Source: Octopus vulgaris
Taxonomy: Eukaryota
Length of the DNA stretch: 64,000 bases
Assembly: GCA_951406725.2 (NCBI GenBank)
Contig: OX597815.1
Location: 165,354,001 to 165,418,000, forward strand
Direction of reading: 5' to 3'
This document shows, in pieces, positions 51,486-64,000 of this stretch. The first letter of the stretch is position 1. Each line of letters opens with the position of its first letter. The position numbers were made by a program, and so were the translations under genes. The notes under the pieces were generated by a model, which did not search any database, was not told where the DNA came from, and worked only from the letters and a program-made list of their open reading frames with translations.

Positions 51486-53681
51486 ACACTGTTATCTATG
51501 TAAATATGTCTGTATACACACATACTCTCATTTTATCTCTTTCTCTCTCACATGCACTTACACACATACACTAAAACTAACCCTGTCGCCACGCGTTAGC
51601 GAGTATGACTCGGTAGCATATGTACCATGATTTCGTTATTTGTTTTAGGTGCTCATGCTGCCGAGAGTAGACACACACTCAAGCGATGATGTATTTGTAT
51701 AAGATACCCTCTGAACTTGGTTCATTTGTTGGAAAGTAAGTATTTTATAGACATACAGCTAATAATTTTATGCGACATACAATATAACAAACTTCATTGT
51801 AGTTCGCCAACTGCAATAAAAATAGAATGTAAGTAACTGGAGTCGCCAACCTCATTTTGTTTTCCGGTTATAGACATTTCACATGAAACGTTCGGACGTT
51901 GGCTTGTTGAATAATAATCGTAGTGTCGGATCCTGCTATCAGTAGTGTTCTTTGTCCTTGAATATATCACTTGATTTCATGTGACTGAGTTCACTTAGTT
52001 GAAAATAAATATCTTTTGAAGTACAAACCATTCGTTTGAAGCAATGTACCATAAATATTACTTAGGGTGTGTCGTTAACTTGGAAGCGTAACATCAAATC
52101 AAATAAAGAGATATGGAAAATTCCACCGCTTGTTTTTTTCTTTTTTCTTCTGAATCACACCATCTAGATGGAATTTGAAGTACTTTATCATCAATTTAAA
52201 GAATTACAGAAAATTACACAGTTTTTAATATGGTAATTATGAATCAATGCATCCAAATATGATACATTGGTTTGCAATAGTCTCTATAACGATTAGCTGT
52301 TACACTGATTTCTGAACGTTTTATGAACTTTTATTGCTTTCTGTAGCTCGATCAGAAAAACATCACATCACATTTAGAATCTCGTTTAAGTCTGTTTGTT
52401 GAAACGATTTTTACAAACCCCACTCCCATATCGGAATATATCTTACTTGAAGTGCTTGCATCTTCTTATGTCTTCCTTATTTATTGGCAATATTCCAACA
52501 ATAACATTACAAAGCGAGAACCAATAATCTTAAAAACGCCAACAATTTAGATGCGTAGATTCCAAGTTTATGATACAGTTTCGATCTAAATTATAAGTAG
52601 ATATTTTTTTCTTTTTTGCTCATACATACAAAACTTCAAGAAAATTCATTTATGTGTGAAAAATGCTCAAATTTTATAAAAGGATTTTTGGTGGCGGTAG
52701 TGATTCTTTTTGCTCATGAAGTTTTTACACAAGAAGTTAATCCCAATAGTGAGATTGGCACTATGGAATTTATATTAGCATTTCATGTGACTAATCGGGT
52801 ATAGCACATACTTAGGATTGTGGTTGTTTAGCCTACAAGACGACCTTAATTGAGCAAGCCTATGACGAAAGGCATCTAATGCGTCCTTGTCTTTTTAAGA
52901 AGATTGGGTATTATTTGAGGACATATTTGGCTACTATTCCTAAGAGGTTGTATGAACAGATATAGGTTCTTTTTCTTTCATATTTTTTTTTTGGTTCCTC
53001 ATGCCTAGTGTGTGGGAAAAATTCAACTTCGATGGAGCTAGTAGGTTTGGGGATATAACATAGATTTTAGTTGAGCTGATAATTACCTGAAAGCAAAATA
53101 TTGTTTCTAGAATGATTTTAATACAAAATCATACCCGAAACACTATTCCTCTACATAGAATTCTTCATCTTTCAAATTAAAATATTTGAAATTTGGCACA
53201 CATGTTTAGTTCAGTGTGGAATTTTCTTTGGAAGAATTGTCTTCGTTCGGCACCAATGTCTTTTCCCCATTGTGAAAAAGATAAAATGCTAGTAGGGCAT
53301 CGAGAAACCTGTAGCTGTATCAACTTCAGATAAGCGATATGTATTATATTTGAGAAGACCGTAGCCGAAGAAGGCAAAGCACTCAATGAAAAATTTCATG
53401 ATGGAATGAAAACATATGTCTCATACATACATACACACACACATGCATGAATGTAAATATTTTTGTCAAGTCACTCACGTAACCCAGAACAATCTATCGT
53501 ATGGTCGGGCTGTCGGCAACGCTATCATACTTCTTTGGTAAGAAGTTCGGTTTTTGCTGGACACACTGCAGGACGAAAAGCAAAACTTGTCAAAGGGTGG
53601 ATGAACCAATTAAAGTCAATGGTCCAACCCAACAGCTGGGGTTTAGAGTGCCCTAGTGTTTGTTTAGATATCCCTCTTGGA

Positions 53682-54022
53682 CAATGGTTCTCAACTGGGG
53701 TCCAAATGGCCCCTGAGGGTTCATATAAGATTTTATTATTTTTTTTGGTCGGAGTCCACGTAACAAATTAGTAAGTTGGGGATCCTGCAGTAGTATTTTA
53801 AGGGCCCCTGAAAACATTTTGTTTTAGATGTATGTAGTGGTATGTATTGCAAGAAACAGCCAGGTCTCTTTTTCTAACAATTTACGAAGATCTATCTAGA
53901 CAAGTAAGTTTATGGGGGAAAAACAAAATAAGAATTTTGAAAGCAGTTTCTATAAAACAAGTTTCTGAACATAGAATGGCTGTGGGGGTCCACCAAAATG
54001 AAATAGTAATCAAAAGAGTCCA
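53682..54022. mobile_element. hAT (Charlie-like) MITE remnant interrupted by a SINE
   Basis: CAATGGTTCTCAACTGGGGTCC start and repeated GGGGTCCA motifs. Confidence 0.4.
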
Positions 54023-54432
54023 TAGATGCAGGAGTGGCTGTGTGGTAAGTAGCTTGCTAACCAACCACATGGTTCCGGGTTCAGTCCCACTGCGTGGCAT
54101 CTTGGGCAAGTGTCTTCTGCTGTAGCCCCGGGCCGACCAATGCCTTGTGAGTGGATTTGGTAGACGGAAACTGAAAGAAGCCTGTCGTATATATGTATAT
54201 ATATATGTGTGTGTGTGTGTTTGTGTGTCTGTGTTTGTCCCCCTAGCATTGCTTGACAACCGATGCTGGTGTGTTTACGTCCCCGTCACTTAGCGGTTCG
54301 GCAAAAGAGACCAATAAAATAAGTACTAGGCTTACAAAGAATAAGTCCTGGGGTCGATTTGCTCGACTAAAGGCGGTGCTCCAGCATGGCCGCAGTCAAA
54401 TGACTGAAACAAGTAAAAGAGTAAAAGAGTAA
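54023..54432 (+). mobile_element. tRNA-derived SINE family A, full length
   Basis: Near-identical to 121-525. Confidence 0.87.
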
Positions 54433-55000
54433 ATCCCAGCTCTAGGCGAAAGAAAATTCTGATGTAACACCCACAACTTTGTTTGCATCCAACAATATAG
54501 ACTAGTTTTTATGAACAAATGCATGTATTGGTGAGAGGCTAGGAATTAGCTCTGTTCAAGGTTTTTCCTTGCTTTAAAACGCTTCAAGCACAGACCGACT
54601 TTCATTTTCAATATTTGTATTATGCGTTTCTATAGTACGGTTGGTCATAGCGAAAAAAAGGCATAACACTCAGTGAAAAATTTCACGATGGAATGAAGTG
54701 AGAGTGGCGAATATTCGAATAACTGTAATGAGAGGTGCCACATCTGAGCAGGAGAGTCTGGGTCCTTACCAAGACTGAAAAGGCACATCTGTGCTGCTTT
54801 TGGCGAACACTCTAGGTACTGTGTTGGTTTAACTCTAGGTGCAGCTATCATGAGTGTGTGCATGCGTGCGCGCGCGCGTGTGAGTAGCTAGATAGCTAGA
54901 TAAGTAGATAAATAGATAGATACGCCCCTTGCAATAAGAAGGATGTAGAGATCGGGATGAGCTTCGACTTAATGAGTCACTTGATACGTGACAGACTAAA

Positions 55001-55051
<51 letters not shown>

Positions 55052-55055
<4 letters not shown>

Positions 55056-55257
55056 ATCCAAACATGCACAAAGAGAAAACACAAAAAACGCGAGAACGTG
55101 GAACAAGTATAGTGTTATTGGAAGCTCAGGAAAGGAAAGAAAGAAGGAGGATTCAACGTTTCGAGCGAAGTTCTTCGTCAGAAATACAGAAAAAAGGAAA
55201 AGTCCAAGGATGGGAAGACAGAGAAAGAAAATCGCCAATGATACACACGCGGTCACG

Positions 55258-55339
<82 letters not shown>

Positions 55340-55552
55340 ATAGGGAGAATTGACAAAAAAAAAACCCCAAAAAAACACGAAGACAGGTGGTGTAGACAAT
55401 AAAAAGATGTATTAGCTTAACGCTCGGGAAGTGAAAAAGTCTTTAACGTTTCGAGCCTACGCTCTTCCACAGAAAGGAACACAGAAAGAAACAGGGAGAG
55501 AAAATAAAGAATGTGTAGTGGCTAGCGATATATCATGGCGAATGCCGGACAG
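55052..55552 (-). mobile_element. non-coding PLE-derived element with two hammerhead-like motifs in (TA)n
   Basis: Motifs at 55476-55441 (CTGTGGA-A-GAGC-gtag-GCTC-GAAACGTT) and 55185-55151 (CTGACGA-A-GAAC-ttc-GCTC-GAAACGTT). (TA)n on both sides; homologous to 10665-10800. Confidence 0.7.
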
Positions 55553-55840
55553 ATATATATATATATATATGCATGTGTCTGAATGTGTGTGTATGTGCGC
55601 GCACGCGTTCCTAAACAGAGGGCATTAGAAATCTAAAATATATCTAATACAGTTAAACTTTGGTCCATAACGCCTACGATGTAGACAAATGTTGATACTT
55701 GTTGATGTTCTCTTCGCAAATATAAAGCAATGAGATTTCATTATGTTTCTGTGTGCGAAGAGAATACCAGGATGTTTTTACATGCGTTTATTTCTCAAAG
55801 CGTGGGCGTTACACAGTGTAGTCTAAACGACATAAAGTTT

Positions 55841-55891
<51 letters not shown>

Positions 55892-55929
55892 GCATATACA
55901 TATATATATATATATATATATGTATATGC

Positions 55930-55969
<40 letters not shown>

Positions 55970-56846
55970 CACGCACACACATTTAAGTAGTATGTACATG
56001 TCTATGTATCTATATGTGTGTGTGTGCATATGTGTGTATTATCCATAAATACACATGCATACGTATATATATATATACGCACACACACACACATATGTAC
56101 ATACATCTCGTAATCTTTGACATAGAGAAATGCACACACACACACACACACACACACAGAGACGTACGTACACACACACACATATTCACAGAAATACAAA
56201 CGCATACATTCTCGCATATATATATACATAATGTATGAAAGGAAATCATTGTCCGAAGTTTTTACAACTTCTCCCTCCTATAAGCTGGTGTTATCGATGC
56301 GGCTCCAGGTCAATAACCGCCAGAAAAACATGGCTGCTGAGGGAAGAAGGTGTATGGTCCACTTGTTTGAACGGAGTAAAGTCCGTTGATATATGAGTGT
56401 GTTCTCAGACTTTCTCTTTTTCCAACCTACTTTCATGTATCCCTCCATCTTGTCTTCTCATTTTTTCAGCTAATCAAATTATAACAACTCAACCGCAAAT
56501 AGCAAATATTCATACTTAGTTCCATGGCCTCTGTCTTCTCCATTGCGCAGTAAAATTACTCGATGGCATTCTAACGTGTTTTGCATTCTCTTTCTCTCCC
56601 CTTTTCTTTCGCCACCCCAACTTTTTTCTGTTTTATTCACGCGTGCTCTCTTTGTGTGTATGTGTTTTTGTGTGTGTGCGTATGTGTGTGTGTTTATCTG
56701 TGTGAATGTGAGTGTGTATGTGTGTGTGTGTGTTATGTTATTTGGTAATGAGAAGATTAATATTTGATTCAAGCATACAAATGAAAAGTAAAAATTATCA
56801 ATATTATTAATATATTTTTTCAATGCCATTTATTTCTTTCAGACAA

Positions 56847-56920
<74 letters not shown>

Positions 56921-56921
<1 letters not shown>

Positions 56922-57025
56922 TGTGCCTAGTGTACCCTTATCAGACGGGTAGTCATGATGGGTATACTGGACTTCGTATATTTTACCCCAGTGTCACTTT
57001 GATGGCATGCATTGCTCTCTCAATC

Positions 57026-57078
<53 letters not shown>

Positions 57079-57198
57079 TAATAACAATAATAATTCTGCC
57101 TAGTGTACCCTTATCAGACGGGTAGTCATGATGGGTATACTGGACTTCGTATATTTTACCCCAGTGTCACTTTGATGGCATGCACTGCTCTCTCACTC

Positions 57199-57257
<59 letters not shown>

Positions 57258-57268
57258 TAATAATAATG

Positions 57269-57333
<65 letters not shown>

Positions 57334-57437
57334 TGTGCCTAGTGTACCCTTATCAGACGGGTAGTCACGACGGGTATACTGGGCTTTGTATATTTTACCC
57401 CAGTGTCACTTTGATGGCATGCACTGCTCTCTCACTC
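56921..57437 (+). repeat. three ~105-bp units separated by (AAT)n tracts
   Basis: Units at 56921-57025, 57094-57198 and 57333-57437 share the same start (T.TGCCTAGTGTACCC) and end (CTCTCTCAmTC-AAT). Confidence 0.92.
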
Positions 57438-57569
57438 AATAATAATAATAATAATAATAATAATAATTATAATAATGATAATAATAATCCTTTCTACAGG
57501 AAGTACAAGGCCTCAAATTTGGGGGAAGGGACTAAAACGATTTCATCGACCAGAGTGCGTAACTCACTC

Positions 57570-57683
<114 letters not shown>

Positions 57684-58219
57684 AATAATAATAATAATAA
57701 TAATAACAACAACAACAACAACAATAATAATAATAATAATAAAAAGAATTCCGAAACTACATTGAAAAATAAATGAAAAAGAAAAAGACAGATTAGAGAG
57801 GTAAAGCAATAAAAAAAAAAAGAATGATGTATCCTAGATAACATAAGATAAGCGAAAGCTAGATGTGAAAAATTGCCATGACGTGTTGCTTCCTAAACAG
57901 CTAGCAACTGTAATTCAGCCACAAGCAGAAATGCATTTGGAAGTGACATTCAAAATATCATTACATGTGACGACGTACACGTGTACATTACGTATAGAAC
58001 AGCTCTTGAAAATATTTTGCTATGCATTTGCGTGAACATATGCAAGATCTTAATGCATATCAGTCACGTGTACAAACACACGCAATTGCAATGATCTACA
58101 TGAACTTTTATCGTTTATAACAAACATAGATATGCTACCATAAGCGCGCACACTTAAAACAGAAATAACGTTTATATGCAAAACCGTTATACAGGCACGC
58201 ACGCAAGCGCACTGAAACA

Positions 58220-60510
<2,291 letters not shown>

Positions 60511-60614
60511 GTAACGATTGCGTATGAGTTACTAGGTGTTTTGTAAGTGTTCTTTTATCGAATCCCAGTGTGTTTACCACAATAGTTTCAGAATAAAATT
60601 AAAAGAAGAAAAAG

Positions 60615-60725
60615 CATGCGCTGCCGGTGTGTGGGAGATCTGACTTTGACGTCACACCATATTAAGGGGGATTGGCTGGCGTGTGGGACGGATCGCTCTG
60701 TGTTATTGCTGCGGCTGTTAGCTCT
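60615..60725. promoter_or_regulatory. candidate cis-regulatory island (CRE, CArG-like, inverted CCAAT)
   Basis: TGACGTCA at 60647-60654, CCATATTAAGG at 60657-60667 and ATTGG at 60671-60675, in a short GC-richer unique island. Confidence 0.3.
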
Positions 60726-60739
60726 ATTCTAATGGTTCT

Positions 60740-60765
60740 GATGATGGTGGTGGTGGTGGTGGTGG

Positions 60766-60826
<61 letters not shown>

Positions 60827-60911
60827 ACTGCTGCTGCTGATGATGATGATGATCATGCTGTCCGCGTCGACAGAGACGGCAACGACGTCGTGGATATTGA
60901 TGATGATGATT

Positions 60912-60942
<31 letters not shown>

Positions 60943-60943
60943 C

Positions 60944-61007
<64 letters not shown>

Positions 61008-61787
61008 GTGATCACGCTGTCCGCGTCGACAGAGACGGCAACGACGTCGTCGATATTGATGATTATGATTGCGATGATGATGATATTGATGAAGAGGAGT
61101 AGGAGTAGGAGGAGGGGACGACGGTGAAAACAACGACGACAACGAAAAGGATAGTGATGAAGATGATGAGGGTGGTGGTGGTGGTGGTAGTAATGTTGAT
61201 GATGATGATGATGATGATGATGACGTTTATGTGCCCGCTGTCGATAAATGATCACGCTGATAGTGATGACGACGACTGCGTCGATGTTGGTAAATGTCTG
61301 TGATGATGATGATGATGAAGATGAAAATGATGATGATGATGAGGAGGAGGAGGAGAAGGAAGCGGAGGAAAAGGATAATGATGAAGATGATGATGGTGGT
61401 GGTGGTGTTGGTGGTGAAGATGATGATGATAATGCTGACAGTAGTGGGTAGTGATGATGGAGATAGTGGTGATGGTGGTGGTGATGCTGCTGCTACTGCT
61501 GCTGCTGCTGCTGGTGGTGATGATGGTGATGATAATGATGATAATGGTAATGATGATGTGCAGGCTGACGCCGTCAATAAATGATCACGGCGATAGTAAC
61601 AATGATAACGTTAATATCGGTGCTGCTGCTGCTGCTACTGTTGATAATGATGCTGTGGAGGAGGAGGTTGAGTAGGAGGTGATGATGATAATGATGGTGG
61701 TGGTGGTAGTGGTGGTAGTGGTGGTGGAGACAGAGTCGAAGAAAAAAAAGGTAGAGGACAGGCGAAGAAAAAGAGAGAGTATGTAAG

Positions 61788-61821
<34 letters not shown>

Positions 61822-61915
61822 AGAAGAAGAAGAAGAAGAAGAAGAAGAAGAAGAAGAAGAAGAAGAAGAAGAAGAAGAAGAAGAAGAAGAAGAAGAAGAA
61901 GAAGAAGAAGAAGAA

Positions 61916-61946
<31 letters not shown>

Positions 61947-62030
61947 AAGAAGAAGAAGAAGAAGAAGAAGAAGAAGAAGAAGAAGAAGAAGAAGAAGAAG
62001 AAGAAAAAGAAGAAGAAGAAGAAGAAGGGA
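60740..62030. repeat. degenerate trinucleotide field (GAT/GGT/GCT/GAG) ending in a long (GAA)n
   Basis: Directly visible; includes a duplicated ~50-bp CpG-rich cassette at 60851 and 61010. Confidence 0.9.
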
Positions 62031-62279
62031 GCTAAGTGCTAAGTGATGTAGCTATTTTCCAGTTGGCAACTGTTGCTAAAAAGGGAACTCCCCAGAATCG
62101 TGATGATGACAGCGATAGCATCGACACGTATAATGGATGATAAACATTGGCGGTGTTGATGCTGCTGCTGCTGGTGGTAGCAGGTGGTGGTTTTGCCGGC
62201 AACGGCAGCGATGAAGATAATGACGATGATGATGTTGATGACGACGACAACGACGATGATGATAGTGATAGTGATGATT

Positions 62280-63561
62280 TTATTGCTCTACAAATCGCTG
62301 CTTTGTGTGCCTTGCCAAAGGTTGTATTATATCTTGGTTTTGTCATTGTTACTATGTAGAAATTTCCCTTCGTAATATGTGTGCAGTGCTTAGCAACGGT
62401 GTTCTTTGTATTTTATGTATATCTTCTAAGTCCAGGGGTTGTGGTTATCTATTTCTCTATATGCTTTATTCACTATTCTCAACTAAAACATCATTGTAGC
62501 TATTGTTTAAGGCTCCACGTCAGGGTCGTCTCTATTTCCAGATCTCCATTCCCTTTAAAAATACGTTATCATTTTCATAGGGCCTGTATTTTGATGCATT
62601 TCTTATCCAGATGGTCCCTGATAACAGTATCTGGTCGATTAACCTTGATCTCACTATTTGTATGTCGGAATATCCCAGAGTATGGTTGCTTTGCTATTTT
62701 CTGAGACATTTCCTAGCGTATTACAGAACCATCCCCTTTCTGTTGTTGTTTCATAATGCTAGCATAAATTTTCGTATGTATATGTCTCAAATCTCAAACT
62801 CTGTGGATGTATACTTTCCTGTCTGAAACTGGGTAGCCAAAGATAATGTAGTTTACTGTTTCTTCCTCATCTCCACATATTCTGCTGTTACTCTAGTCTG
62901 CTTCATAATACGCTTTCGATGGTTTCTGGTGGAAAGGCTTTAGTCCTGTATTACGATCAAGACGCCACCAGGCTCTCCTTTAAGTCTCACGCTTCTCAAC
63001 TTGTATTTAGATATATTTTAGAACTGGCCATGTACGATCATTTGTTGCTCTCGCTTAATCATGGCATTCTTTACTTCCGATATTAATTTATATTTTTGTT
63101 GTTTCACGTTTTCCGTCGCATTTCTCTATTTTCGTCATAGTTATTTATTATTGTAGTCGTTGTTTTGTATTTGTTGGTTTCCCAGAAGACAGAAAACGTG
63201 TTTTAGTTCCTTTTATGTAGCTATTTGTATTCTGTATTAGATATTTTGTTATCCGACAGTGAATATTTTTATATTGGTTTTTATATGTATGGAGCCTTTA
63301 CTTCCTTGTATTCTAGGTAAATATCACCATTGTATATGAAATTTTGCGTGGAGCATCCTAAATGCTGTCTCTACTCATTTTCCTGTCTAGTCTAATTAGG
63401 TCATTCAGTGTCTAATTGGAAATACCATAACTGTATCTTTTTATTCAGACAGATAGAGTATTGATGCCTATTATCGTTTTGCATTTAATTCTGTTTTAAG
63501 AATTTATCTTGTTCTTTCTAATCTTTCCTTTCGTTTGTGTACGCTGCATTTCAGTATTTCA

Positions 63562-63616
<55 letters not shown>

Positions 63617-64000
63617 TATGCTGTTTAGTTCATTGATACCTAAATGTTTGTATATCAGTGTCTGGTCTAATTCGCTAGTCTCGGTCTCTTTATCTACTAT
63701 GATATTAGTGTTCTTAAATAATTTCCCTCCCTCCTAGGTAGCTTTGGCGTATTTTCTAAGCCGAATCTCATTAATTTCTTTTCTAAATCCTTGTGCTATC
63801 TTCTGTAATGTTTGATTTGTTTTTTACATCTGTAGCAAACAACTTGAGATCATCTATTTACAAAACTGAGCTGATTGTCATACCATATCATTTGTATTTA
63901 TATCTAGCTCTGTTTAGCATGTCGGGCAAATACATCAACAGTAGACAGAAAAGGAGAGGAGCAGGGAGTTCTAGAATATTCCTCTTTTGAAGGTTTAGTT
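62280..64000 (-). pseudogene. old degenerate R4/Dong-like element (RT C-terminal half to 3' UTR), runs off the window
   Basis: Manual minus-strand translation gives IDDLKLFA, YKHLGI, ILKTELNAK, LDRKM, YLPRIQGSKG and LLSTAHILRREIST*. The 3' UTR resembles 11564-11660. Confidence 0.75.

Noticed and set aside
56921-57437. CRISPR-like repeat/spacer array
   Set aside because: The repeats are ~105 bp, the spacers are plain (AAT)n, there are no cas genes and the context is eukaryotic.
60662-62375. Asp-rich (biomineralisation-like) protein
   Set aside because: The acidic frames are short and interrupted by stops, with no signal peptide or exon boundaries. Best explained as degenerate (GAT)n; not fully excluded without RNA-seq.

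Overview
AT-rich animal genomic DNA packed with microsatellites ((TA)n, (CA)n, (TATC)n, (AAT)n, (GAT)n, (GAA)n). The SINE families and repeat load suggest an octopus or other coleoid cephalopod (inference). No multi-exon host gene can be supported, and most ORFs in the track are microsatellite read-throughs. The main feature is a near-intact R4/Dong-clade non-LTR retrotransposon (11794-15852, minus strand) with an N-terminal Myb-like region, RT, CCHC and restriction-like endonuclease. It is broken only by a 1-nt frameshift in an A-run and sits in a stack of related truncated elements separated by (AAT)n tracts. The window also holds many Penelope-like element (PLE) relics (RT, GIY-YIG, pseudo-LTRs) with minimal or degenerate hammerhead-ribozyme motifs, and a recurring class of fold-back inserts in (TA)n. 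Other repeats are three tRNA-derived SINE families, two non-autonomous Helitrons, DD37D/mariner and hAT relics, RTE fragments and L1/Tx1-like ORF1 relics. A few unique islands carry promoter-like motif clusters (about 20.2-20.7 kb, 60.6 kb and 16.1 kb). All calls come from manual reading; no database search or folding was run.
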